Source: Octopus sinensis (Eukaryota). From it: a stretch of DNA of 64,000 nucleotides. A model generated the notes under the pieces. The model ran no database searches. It was not told the origin of the DNA and saw only the letters and a list, made by a program, of their open reading frames with translations. The stretch spans positions 40,858,001 to 40,922,000 of the forward strand of contig NC_042999.1 of the NCBI RefSeq assembly GCF_006345805.1. The letters are read 5' to 3'. This document shows, one piece after another, positions 50,888 through 63,398 of this stretch. The translations under genes and the position numbers were made by a program. Each line of letters opens with the position of its first letter. The first letter of the stretch is position 1.

Positions 50888-50964
50888 TAAATATTAGGGA
50901 ATAAATCCAAACTTACAGGGAAAAATAGATTTAGGATTGAATCCAATTTATTATATTATAATAT

Positions 50965-51134
50965 TATATTATAATAAATTAGAAACAAAACCACTATTAT
51001 GCAAACCAAACAAAGAAAGACTTAATCCAATACATAATTAATTTATATTATTTCAAAATAATATAAATTAATTTATGTATTGGATTAAGTCTTTCTTTGT
51101 TTGATTTGCATAATAGTGGTTTTGTCTCTAATTT

Positions 51135-51145
<11 letters not shown>
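50965..51145. repeat. Near-perfect palindrome, ~89-bp arms, 2-nt loop
   Basis: Centre ATTTATATTATTT-CA-AAATAATATAAATT; two mismatches seen. Confidence 0.9.
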
Positions 51146-51182
<37 letters not shown>

Positions 51183-52329
51183 CAGTCATGGGATTCTCTT
51201 TCTTCCGAACACCAAATCTACTCACGAGGCATTGACCGGCCTGTGACAGTAGTAGAAAACAGTTGTCCGAGACTGTGCGTAGTGGGACTGAACCCGAAAC
51301 CTCATGTTTGCAAAGTAAATTTCTTAACCACTTGCGCAACACACACACACACGAGCACACACAAGCACGTACTCACACATACACTCACACACTCACACAA
51401 GCATGTATTTAATTGGAGCTGAAAAGATTTCCAAATTTATTACTCATAGTTTCACGTAAGCGATCATCAGACAGTCGTTAATATTTAGAGTAATTTTGTG
51501 ATTTATAAATGCTTATAATCAGTGCAATGAGAATTATTTAGTAAGTCATCAAGTAAACATTTGATGTTATCGAGTAAATATTGAAAGCTGATTGGACCAG
51601 GCATTAAAAACTTTCAAAATAACAGGAATCAGTTGCATTAAAAAAAAACCGATTAGCTTAACTGAAAAAACATGAACATTAAAGACGAGTCAAAATTGTA
51701 TTAAAAATTAATAACTGGATGACGCAAGTCGTCTATTTACGAGGAGATAGGTATTAATAAATACAGTGATGGAAAAATGTCCTTTTAGAGACGAAGGGTT
51801 GAATATGCTGTAAGGGATAATATTAATAATTCAGACAAGGGCGAACGAGTATCATGTAAAACAAAAAGTACATGTAAAAAAAACAGGTAAATAATCTATG
51901 AAGAAAGTAGTTGTCTGGATGGATGGATGGATGGATGGATGGATGGCTGATATATGATAGAAAAAGAAGGAGAAGGAAAAGACAAGGAAAATAAAAGAAA
52001 AGGTGAAAAGGAATAGGAACAACAGATACTAGATGTCGCAACTGAAAACTTGTTCTGAATGCATGCGTAATTAGAAAGACAAATCTGTATTTACTTTAGT
52101 ATGTTAGTGTCCGTACAAGGTTAGTACTCAGGTGCATTATACTTGGCGCCTTCGTTATTTAAATACCTTGATTCTATCGGATCCTGATAATGATATATAT
52201 TCTATTTGTTTATGGGAAACTTTTGAATATGCAAATACAGCCCCTATTCTATGATGCTGACCGTTGAACCAGTTTTTCGGAGTTTCATCGAGCTGTACCG
52301 ATATAATATAGGATAGATATTTTAATTTT

Positions 52330-52725
52330 AATTTTATTTTATTTTATCTAGTTTCAGCTCACGAGCTGTGGCCATGCTGGGGCACCGCCATTTGGTGTTG
52401 CTACATGATTTTACTTCACGAATGCTTTTTAGCAATTGCTATTTGGTGCATGAGAGAGTTCGATGCAGCTGCCCTCATCTGCACCTTCTGCCGTGAAGTT
52501 GGTTCATCTGGGACACCTGACAGGAAGAGATCCAGTTTTATTTTAAAGACATCTGCGTCCACTCCATGCAGGTCTCTCAGGTCCTTCGGGAGGATATTGA
52601 AGAGCTGTGGGCCTCTGAAGCCCAGGCTATCACAGTATCTTGTCCTACATCTATCATTCTTGGATGGATTTTATGAACATTTAATGCATTGCTGCGTGCG
52701 TTTCCACAAATCACATGTCTCTTAA
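52330..52725 (-). mobile_element. 3' end of a CR1-group LINE (ORF2 C-terminus + 3' UTR)
   Basis: CRTRYCDSLGFRGPQLFNILPKDLRDLHGVDADVFKIKLDLFLSGVPDEP...* (stop 52416-52418), short UTR and A-rich tail; clade assignment is from motif memory. Confidence 0.7.
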
Positions 52726-52844
52726 GATCACAGTCCAATACGGACTGTGATCATAATCCGTACCACAGTACAGACATGTAATTTGTAGAAACGCACGTAG
52801 CGATGTAGTAAATGTTTATAAATTATTTTATATATTGTTATATA

Positions 52845-53021
52845 GTGTAGGAGTGGCTGTGTGGTCAGAAGCTTGCTTACCAACCACATGGTACCGGGTT
52901 CAGTTCCACTGCGTGGCAAATTGGGCAAGTGTCTTCTACTATGGCTTCGAGCGGACCAAAGTCTTGTGAGTGGATTTGGTAGACGGAAACTGAAAGAAGC
53001 CCGTCGTATATATGTATATGT

Positions 53022-53078
<57 letters not shown>

Positions 53079-53296
53079 GTATATGTTTGTGTGTCTATGT
53101 TTATCCCCCCCCCAACATCGCTTGACAACCGATGCTGGTGTGTTTACGTCCCCGTAACTTAACGGTTCGGCAAAAGAGACCGTTAGAAAAAGTACTAGGC
53201 TTACAAAGAATAAGTCCTGGGGTCGATTTGCTCGACTAAAGGCGGTGCTCCATCCAGCATGGCCACAGTCAAAGTGACTGAAACAAGTAAAAGAGT
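52845..53296 (+). mobile_element. Full-length SINE family A
   Basis: Head, CORE-like segment, internal (TA)n, tail ending CTGAAACAAGTAAAAGAG. Confidence 0.88.
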
Positions 53297-53453
53297 ATCA
53301 AATGGTCGGCCGGGAGGCTATAATAGAAGACACTTGCACAATGTGCTCTACAGTGAGACTGGAGCCAGAACCAGTCCTACTATGTGGTTGGGAAGCAAAC
53401 TTCCTACTACACAGCCTCGCCACCACCTGTACAACCACGACTTCGCCAATAAA

Positions 53454-53778
53454 AAAAGACTCCGCCGGTTACGACGACGAGGGTCCCAGCTGATACGATC
53501 AACGGAACAGCTTGCTCGTGAAATTAACGTGCAAATGGCTGAGCATTCCACAGACACGTGTACCCTTAACGTAGTTCTCGGGGATAATCAGCGTGACACA
53601 GAGAGTGACAAGGCTGACCCTTTGAAATACAAGTACAACTCATTTTTGCCAGCTGAGTGGACTGGAGCAACGTGAAATAAAGTGTCTTGCTCAAGGACAC
53701 AACGCGTCGCCGGGAATCGAACTCACAACCTTACGATCATGAGCCGAATGCCCTAACCACTAAGCCACGCGCCCTCAC
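53454..53778 (-). mobile_element. Full-length SINE family D (tRNA + CORE-like head, family-C tail) with 11-bp TSD
   Basis: TCGCCAATAAA at 53443-53453 and 53779-53789. Confidence 0.88.
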
Positions 53779-53796
53779 TCGCCAATAAATGACTAC

Positions 53797-54180
53797 CATG
53801 GAAGCACTCCGTCGGTTACGACGACGAGGGTTCCGATTGATCCGAATTAACGGAACAGCCTGCTCGTGAAATTAACGTGTAAGTGGCTGAGCACTCCACA
53901 GTCACGTGTACCCTTAACGTAGTTCTCGGGGATATTCAGCGTGACACAGAGAGTGACAAGGCCGGCCCTTTGAAAAACAGGTACAACAGAAACAGGAAGT
54001 AAGAGTGAGAGAAAGATGTTGTGAAAGAGTACAGCAGGGATCACCACCATCCCTGCCGGAGACTTGTGGAGCTTTAGGTGTTTTCGCTCAATAAACACTC
54101 ACAACGCCCGGTCTGGGAATCGAAACCGCGATCCTATGACCGCGAGTCCGCTGCCCTAACCACTGGGCCATTGCGCATCC
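53797..54180 (-). mobile_element. Full-length SINE family C with 10-bp TSD
   Basis: AAATGACTAC at 53787-53796 and 54181-54190. Confidence 0.9.
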
Positions 54181-54453
54181 AAATGACTACTACTGCTTCA
54201 CTAATCGTTCTACTTATTCTTCACAATACGTCACATAACTGAGGGAGATTCTACATAAGCAATATTGATTGATCCCATTGGCATTCACGCATTCACCGAA
54301 ACAGCATCGATGAATTCGAAACCTTAATAATTTTGACAATAATTATCAGCATTCCAGACATCGTTGCAACCATAAATGAAATTCAACGTCGCTCTGTAGT
54401 AGGTACCGATAGGTTTCCTGTTAATGTCCTGGGCGATTGAAGATTATATACAA

Positions 54454-54850
54454 CTAGCAGTATCGCCCGGCGTTGCTCGGGTTTGTAAGGGAAATAACTA
54501 TATAAGCATTTTTAGAGAGTTATAGCCAAAAAAACAGCAAAAAAAATGCATTAAAAATGGAAAAAAAATGAAGGTAAATTTTTTTTAAATCGTTGACTCA
54601 TCGTAGACATTTTAGAGAGTTACTTCCCTTATATAATAGCGAAAAATGCATTAAAATGGAAAAAAATTATGGTAAATTTTGTTTTAAATCGTAGACTCAT
54701 CGTAGACGCACGCAAATACCTAGAAGAGCTCGATATGAATCACGACTATAAGATACCCGGTTTTGGTTAAACTGCACCGCAAAATGTGGGAGTAGTTAGG
54801 AATCTAAATCATAGGAGACAGACACACAACTTCACTTTTATATATAAAGA
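54454..54850 (-). mobile_element. Complete non-autonomous Helitron (397 bp)
   Basis: Minus strand A|TCTTTATATAT...CCCGAGCAACGCCGGG-CGATACTG-CTAG|T; no TSD; internal ~100-bp duplication. Confidence 0.88.
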
Positions 54851-55239
54851 TTTAACTAATGTGTAGAGTTGGCATGAAAAAGATTTTTCGAGACATGGCT
54901 CATCATCAACCAGACCGCACTAGTTAAAACCGAAAGTAATTTTTATATTAAGCGTGGCATTCAGAAAGTCTTGCGGTTTGCATGTTGCCCATGACTGATT
55001 AAGAGAAAACCGCCTGAAATACTATATATTCCCAAACATTTTCTAGCTTAATGTCATCTCAGTTTCAAAAAAGAGAAATAAGCAACTTAAAGGAAATTCT
55101 CGGTCGATCGATCTCAGGCTACCTATCATTAAGGTGCTTGAAAGAATAATTAACTAAAAAAAGAATAATCGATTTCAAATATTCGTAATTACTTTTTCTC
55201 TATTTCGACTCGATCTTCGTGACTAAGGCTTTCAGAAAT

Positions 55240-55660
55240 TGAACTGCAGTGTATAGTCTTTTCCACTCTAGGCACAAGGCCCGAAATTTCGGGAGAGTGT
55301 GGTGAGGGCAGTTAATTAGATCTACCCCAGTACGCAACTGGTTTCTAAAATTATCGACGCTAAAAGAACGAAAGGCAAAGTCGACCACGGCGCAAATTGA
55401 AATCAGAACGCAAAGACAGACGAAATACCTATTTCTTTACTACCCACAAGGGCTGAACACAGAGAGGACAAACAAGGAGGGACAAATGGATTAAGTCGAT
55501 TACATCGACCCCAGTGCGTAACTGGTACGTATTTAATCGACCCCGAAAGGATGAAAGGCACAGTCTACCTCGGCGGAATTTGAACTCAGAATGTAACGAT
55601 AGACGAAATACGGCTACACATTTCGCCCGGCGTGCTAACGTTTCTGCCAGCTCGCCGCCT
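55240..55660 (-). mobile_element. SINE B1 joined to an older headless B2 body
   Basis: Junction AAAGAAATAG|GTATTTCGTC at ~55428. Confidence 0.8.
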
Positions 55661-55885
55661 TTGGAGACTTGTATATATTACGTAGGTTTGATATATATAT
55701 AGTATGTTCAAAGGGAAATTGTTGACAACACCGCCAAACTCTACAAAGCTTCAAAGTCACAGTCAATTTTTCCTCGTAAAAATAAATATATAAGAATTAT
55801 AATGTACTAAAAAGTATCGCATGATGAATCAATTAGTATTGCTTTATAATGTGTTTGTGTTTGTGTGCGTGAATACAAATATATA

Positions 55886-55936
<51 letters not shown>

Positions 55937-56075
55937 GCGTTATGTATATGTATGTAAACAATGTAGACATATATATATGTATGTAGATATATACATGTAT
56001 GAATGAATATATATATATATATATATATATGAATGAAGATGTATATATGTGTGTATATATTACATACACACACAC

Positions 56076-56120
<45 letters not shown>

Positions 56121-56129
56121 ATATATATG

Positions 56130-56317
56130 ATATGTGACAATTAATCGGTTCCCATGATAAAAGACCGAGTTTCGGATGGTGGGGCGGAATCTGCTCCGGC
56201 ATCTCGTCAGTTATTTAGGTCTTTGTCGTAATAACTGACGAGATGCCGTGGCAGATTTCCGCAACCAACATCCGAAACACGGAGTTTTATTATGGCGAAC
56301 GAATAATTGTCACATAT
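56130..56317. mobile_element. TA-flanked inverted pair of hammerhead-like motifs
   Basis: Arms 56130-56215 and 56230-56317. Each reads outward as ATAA-CTGACGA-GATG...CATC-C-GAAAC; only the minus copy keeps GTC. Confidence 0.6.
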
Positions 56318-56389
56318 TATATTACACATTAATTCCTCTATTTACATAATATCGAGGTCTCATTCATTCTATTGTTCATACAATTACTA

Positions 56390-56431
<42 letters not shown>

Positions 56432-56504
56432 TATATACATACATATATATATACATACATATATAGATACATACATACATATATATATATACATATATAT
56501 ATAC

Positions 56505-56537
<33 letters not shown>

Positions 56538-57119
56538 CATATATATATAATTATATATCATACTAGATATATACATTATATATATATATATATATATATA
56601 CAATACATATATATATACATCATATATATATATATACATACTATATATATATATATACATATATATATATAACATATATATATATATACATATATATACA
56701 CATATACATATATATATACATATATATATATTATAGGCATGAATGGAGATGTACGTATATATATGTGTATATAGTTATATATATATATGAATGAAGACGT
56801 AGGTAGACATATATATACACACACATTTATTTATAAATGTAGACATGCCTATGAATAAATATATACATATATTTAAAAATGTAACTATATGAAAAAGTAA
56901 CAAAACAGCAATAATGAGGCAGTTAGCAAGACTTCTAACTTAATATGTATAATATTAAATGTTTGAATAAAAGAAGCGTAAAAATACCGCTTGCCAAAGA
57001 TGAAAGTGAAAGCTTCAAAAACCACCAACCCTACGATAAATGCACACATGAGTAACGCAAAGGACATTTGATAAAATAGGCCTACCTTCAGGATAGAATT
57101 TGAAGATAGTTGACATACC

Positions 57120-57178
57120 CCAATATCAATTGATTTCATGCTGTGAATAAGAAAACATGCGTTGCAATCTTCAGTTGG
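57120..57178 (-). ncRNA. Type I hammerhead ribozyme
   Basis: CCAA-CTGAAGA-TTGC...GCAT-GAA-ATCAATTGAT-A-TTGG: intact core, palindromic stem III, AUA site; U-U mismatch at the base of stem II. Confidence 0.7.
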
Positions 57179-57271
57179 AAATAGTAACATCTATTTCCAA
57201 AATATTCACTACCTCAACTCGTGTGCGTTTCGAACATATATGTGTGTATATATATACATGAAATCCATATA

Positions 57272-57322
<51 letters not shown>

Positions 57323-57472
57323 ATATATATGTATATAATGGATTTGAATATTTAATGTGTGTGTATATATATATGTATATATAAGTGTTTGTATACATAT
57401 TTATATATATATATGTATGTGTGTGTGTATGGGTGTGTGTGTGTGTGCGTGTGTATTTATATATATATAGTT

Positions 57473-57788
57473 AGGTTTAAGCAACAAGTTGCTTAGCCAC
57501 ATATAACATTACTTGTAACTCACATAGGCAAAAGAAGGAAAATAACGAAATCAAACAGTCTTCGATCAGCTGTGGACGCGTTTCTGGATTAGAATTATAA
57601 AGAACTCATTCCCATCATCAGCACAACTATCCAATAAATTATAGATTTGTCAAATGCTCGAGGGAAAATACGAATTCATTCGCCTATATGGAATTGGATG
57701 TGCTGACTATCTTCTGTTATCTCCGATGGCGCGGGATCGGTATGCAAGAGTTAGGTTAATAGCATTTCCAAACTTGTTGCTTAACCCT
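57473..57788 (-). mobile_element. 316-bp TA-flanked element with 18-bp inverted ends and an internal hammerhead
   Basis: AGGTTTAAGCAACAAGTT / AACTTGTTGCTTAACCCT (one mismatch). Confidence 0.6.
57569..57627 (-). ncRNA. Canonical minimal type I hammerhead ribozyme
   Basis: GTTGTG-CTGATGA-TGG...CCA-GAA-ACGCGT-C-CACAGC: 6-bp stem I, intact core, palindromic stem III, GUC site. Confidence 0.82.
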
Positions 57789-59003
57789 CATTATATATAT
57801 ATATGTATATATATATGTAAAAAGAATTCTTTGTAAAAGTTCCTAGCGATAATGGTTCTCTTTCCATACCGAAACTACTTGGCAATAATTATTAATTTTA
57901 AAAATTAATAACTATTTACCCTTACATTAGTAATGAATTATATTTATATACATATGTAGATATATATACATATATATATATAATATATATATTATATATA
58001 TAATATATATATATATAGATTAATATGTGTGTATATGCATATATATATTATATATAATGTGTATATGACTATATATATTAGTATATATGTTATATGCGTA
58101 TATGTATACGTATATATGTATATGTGTGTGTATATATGTTTACATATATGTATACGTATATGCGTGTGTATATACATATGTATATATATATATGTGTGTG
58201 TGTATATGTGTATATATATAATTACATATATATATGTATTTGTATGTATGTGTGTTTGTATATATATATGTGTGTGTGTATATATGTGTATATAAATATA
58301 TATATGTATGTATATATATATATATATATGTATGGATATATATACGTATATAAATTTATGCACATATATGTACACGCACACATATGCAAACTTACACATC
58401 AACATGAGTATATACATAGATACTTGTGTATATGTGTAGGTGTACATATGTGTGATTATGTAAATGGATATCAAACTATGTTTGTGTATAAAGATCTGTG
58501 TATTTTGATGTGTGTATAAATTTGCGAGTATATATATAAAATCATGTAAAAAGTATGTGTGTTTATAAAAATACTTAGGTGCCTGCTTGCGCGTGTTTAT
58601 TTTCAAACATTTTAAAATTGTTTCCGCTAAACAAAACAGGAATTAATATTCCTTGATATTGTGCCCTCTTTTAATATGCTCCAAGCAAATTAATAGCTTC
58701 ATTATTCACGCCTAATATTTATTACCAATATTGATATAGCATCACATTTATGTAAGTTGATTTTAAATAAAATTTTTAGATTTTACTTAGAAGTTTCACG
58801 CTCTCTTGTAAACTATTTTACGATTGGAAATGTCGTAAAATATTTTATCTACATTTTCACAACGTTCCTATCTTTCAAGTATAATTTTTCGGTTTTGCTG
58901 CTTTGCATATAATCATTTACCTTCTCGCATAATGATTCTCACTCTTTCCTTCTCTTTTAGCGCTTCTGTCAACATCAAACGATATATTTTCAACGTGGGA
59001 ATA

Positions 59004-59103
59004 NNNNNNNNNNNNNNNNNNNNNNNNNNNNNNNNNNNNNNNNNNNNNNNNNNNNNNNNNNNNNNNNNNNNNNNNNNNNNNNNNNNNNNNNNNNNNNNNN
59101 NNN
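59004..59103. other. Assembly gap (100 N)
   Basis: Directly visible. Confidence 1.
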
Positions 59104-59232
59104 ATTTGCTTACCAACTATATGGTTCTGGTTGAATACCACTGCATGGCACCTTTGGAACGTGTCTTCTACTTCTCGGCCGATCAAATCCTTGTGAGAGG
59201 ATTTGGTTGGCGGAAACTGAAAGAAGCCCGTA

Positions 59233-59282
<50 letters not shown>

Positions 59283-59610
59283 TATATATATATGTGTGTG
59301 GTGTGTGTGTATGTATATACGTATTATGATTATATTATTATGTATGTCATATATATGTATGTATATATATGTATGTGTATATGTATATATGTATGTGTAA
59401 ATGTATATATGTGTGTATATGTGTATATATCTATATGTATATATGTGCATATCTGTGTATTTGTGTATATATGTGTCTGCCTGCATGTATATATATATAA
59501 CCCAAGGCTATAGTAGAAGACACCTGCCGCGCAGTGGGACTGAACCCGGAACCATGTGGTTGAGAAGATGGCTTCTTACCACACAGTCACTGCTGCACAT
59601 TTGTGTATGC

Positions 59611-59658
<48 letters not shown>

Positions 59659-59760
59659 GTTTGCGTGTATGCGCCTGTATGTGTAAGCTTGATTATCTTT
59701 GTGTGTGTGTGTGCATGAAAGACGGATTGAGCGAAACAAGTAGTCTAACTCGCACGGCAC

Positions 59761-59798
<38 letters not shown>

Positions 59799-60304
59799 AC
59801 ACACACACATGTACAGTACGTGTGTGTCAGTCTGTGTGTGTGTGAGCACGTCTGTACTTATTTACGAGTGATGCGGGTTAAATGAGACGAAGCGGCAGTC
59901 AGAAATATTAGACAGACAACTGTCCTACAAACATAAACGTTGTGGTGACAGGCAAGCAATTTGGAAGTTGAAGGAACGGAATGAAATATTGACAGTTTTT
60001 TTTGGTAGACAACAAAATATTCCAGTAAAAACAGTAGTCACAGAAACAGCGAAACTAAGCGAACAACTTGAATGCGGTAAAAATATGTAACAATTTGGCA
60101 GAGAGACAAAAGTTTAACAGGGTGTTTGAAAGGTTTAAACAGATTTATAGAAACAACAGGAAAAAAATCCTTAATGGGCTGTCTGTTATTTATCTATTTA
60201 TTATCTTATCTTTTAGGTATCTGTTACATGCTTCGGTCATTTGATAGCGGTCATACTGGAGCAGTGCCTTGAACTGTTTAGTCGTACGATTCAACATCGA
60301 TATT

Positions 60305-61379
60305 TGAAGGCGGCGAGCTTGGCAGAATCGTTAAGCGCGCCGGGCGAAATGCTTCGCGGCATTTCGTCTGCCGTTACGTTCTGGGTTCAAATTCCGCCGA
60401 GGTCGATTTTTGCCTTTCATCCTTTCGGGGTCGATTAAATAAGTACCAGTTACGCACTGAGGTCGATGTGTGTCTGTCCTTGTTTGTCTCCTCTGTGTTT
60501 AGCCCATAGTGGATAGTAAAGAAATAAGTATTTCGTCTGCCGTTACGTTCTGTGTTCAAATTCCGCCGAGGTCAACTTTGCCTTTCATCCTTTCGGGGTC
60601 GATTAAATAAAGTACCAGTTTCGCACTGGGGGGTCGATGTAATCGATTTAATCCCTTTGTCTGTCCATGCTTGTCCCCTCTATCTTTAGCCCCTTGTGGG
60701 TAGTAAAGAAATAGATATTTGTTGTTGTTATTATTATTATTGAGGGCGGCGAGCTGGCAGAATCATTAACATGCCGGACTAGATAGATGCTTAGCGTTAT
60801 TTCGCTCGTCGCAACGTTATGAGTTCAATTTCCGCCGAGGTCGACTTTGTCTTTCATCCTTTCGGGGTCGATTAAATAAATACCAGTTACGCACTGGGGT
60901 CGATGTAATTGACTTAATTTCTTTGTCTGTCCTTGTTTGTCCCCTCTATGTTTATCTCCTGTGGACAATAAAGAAATAAGAATCATTAGCGCGCTGGACT
61001 AGATGCTTGACGGTATTTCGCTCGTCGATACGTTCTGAGTTCAATTTCCGCCGAGGTCGTCTTTGCCTTTCATCCTTTCGAGGTCGATTAAATAAATACC
61101 AGTTACACACTGGGTCGATGTAATATACTTAATCCCTTTGTCTGTCCTTGCTTATCCCCTCTATGGCAATAAAAAAATAAGAATCATTAGCACACCAGAC
61201 TAGATGCTTGGCGGTATTTCGCTCGTCGCTACGTTCTGAGTTCAAATTCTGCTGAGGTCGACTTCGCCTTTCGAGGTCGATGAAATGAAGAACCAATTAC
61301 GCACTGGGGTCGATGTAATCGATTATACCTCACCCCTAAATTTCAAGACTTGTGGCTGTAGTAGAAGGGATTATTATTA

Positions 61380-61410
<31 letters not shown>

Positions 61411-61412
61411 CA

Positions 61413-61467
<55 letters not shown>

Positions 61468-61880
61468 CATTATTATTATTATTATCATTATTGAGGCGGT
61501 GAGCTGGAAGAATCGTTAGCACGCCCGGCGAAATGCTTAGCGGTATCTCGCCTGCCGCTACATTCTGAGTTCAAATTCCGCCGAGGTCGACTTTGCCTTT
61601 CATCCTTTCGGGGTCGATTAAATAAGTACCAGTTACGCACTGGGGTCGATATAATCAACTTAATCCGTTTATCTGTCCCTGTTTGTCCTCTCTGTGTTTA
61701 GCCCCTTGTGGGTAGTAAAGAAATAGGTATCTCTCTCTGAGTTCAAATTCCGCCGAGGTCGACTTTGTCCTTCATCCTTTCGGGGTCGTTGAATTAAGTA
61801 CCAGTGAAAGACTGAGGTTGATGTAATCAACTAGTCCGCACACCAAAATTTCATTACAAAGGATTATTATTATTGTTGTA

Positions 61881-61919
<39 letters not shown>

Positions 61920-62135
61920 GAGCATGCAGAATCGTTTGCATGCCGGACTAGATGCTTACGGCATTTCGTCTGTTATTACGTTTTGAGTTCAAATTCCGCC
62001 GAGATCCACTTTACCTTTCAGCCCTTCGGGTTCGATAAAATAGTTACCAGTTAAGCACTGGGGTCGATGTAACCGACTTTACCCTGCTCTCTCGAAATTG
62101 TTGGCCTTTTGCCAAAATTTGAAGCCATTATTATT
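60305..62135 (+). mobile_element. Head-to-tail array of about eight SINE B units (B1 and B2 tails)
   Basis: Repeated core; recurrent junctions tail|GTATTTCG and tail|AATCATTAGC; (ATT)n after B2 units. Confidence 0.88.
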
Positions 62136-62394
62136 TTTTTGTTTTTGTTTTGAAGACTGGTAATCATTCGATCGATATCTGTTACATGAGTGTAAACAAA
62201 CCAACATTGGTAGTTAAACTATGGTCAGGGACAAGCAAAAAAGCGCATACATGTATTCAGCCTTTACGAAAGGATTCCACACAGGTCTGTCTACCAAATT
62301 CAATCGCAAGGGATGGCTCAGTCCAGGCCTATAGTAGGAAAATAATTACACAAGGTCTTGCGCAGTGGGGATGAACCCGAAACCGCGCGGTTTA

Positions 62395-62980
62395 CTCTTT
62401 TTTTTACTCTTTCGCATGTTTCAGTCATTTGACTGCTGCCATGCTGGAGCACCGCCTTTAGTCGAGCAAATCGACTACAGGACCTATCCTTTGTAAACCT
62501 AGTACTTATCTAATCGGGGGTCTTTTGCCGAACAGTTAAGCTACGAGGACGTAAGCACGCCAGCATCGGTTGTTAAGCGATGCGGAGGGACAAATACACA
62601 CACAGACACACACACACACACACACAACACACACACACACCCACCAACACACACATGATATATACATATATATATTATACATATATATATATATACATAT
62701 ATTATATAATAGATATACTACATATATATATATAGCATATATATATATACATATATATATATCATATATATATACATATATATATATATATATTATATAT
62801 ATATATAATATATATATGTATAATACATATATACTACGAGCGTCTTTCAATTTCCGTCTACCAAATCCACTCACAAGTCTTTATTCGGACCGAGGCTATG
62901 GTAGAAGACACTTGCCCAAAATGCCACGCAGTGGGAGTGAAACCGGAACCATGTGGTTGGTAAGCAAGCAACTTACCACG
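62395..62980 (-). mobile_element. SINE family A with expanded internal microsatellite
   Basis: Head-to-tail match to the other A copies. Confidence 0.82.
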
Positions 62981-63359
62981 AATATTTTGTTTTTCTTTTG
63001 CTTGACTAGATTTGTTAGTTTCACTCATTTGACTGCAGCCATGCGTGAGTTTTTGCTCTTTAAGATTGAGTAGGTCATAACGATCTCGAATACTTACATC
63101 AACTTCGTGGAGGCTAGGTCAAGAGTCACAAACGGGTTCAAGGTGCATATAGATCCACAGACATGCACACACACACACCTGTGCGTGTAACATTTATATG
63201 TGTGTGTGAGTGTGTGTGTGTGCGTATTGTGTGTGTGTGTGCGTATTGTGTGTATGTGTGTGTATTGTGTGTGTGTGCGTGCGTATTGTGTGTATATGTT
63301 TGTGCGTATTGTGAGTATGTTTGTATTGTGTATATATGTGCGCGTATGTGTGTATAATG

Positions 63360-63398
<39 letters not shown>

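Noticed and set aside
57841-57885. CCTAGCGA...CCGAAACTAC, possible ribozyme remnant
   Set aside because: Core is not CUGANGA, and there is no NUH site or stem I.
60305-62135. Regularly spaced repeats suggesting a CRISPR-like array
   Set aside because: Units are ~200-bp SINE bodies without unique spacers, in a eukaryotic context with no cas genes.
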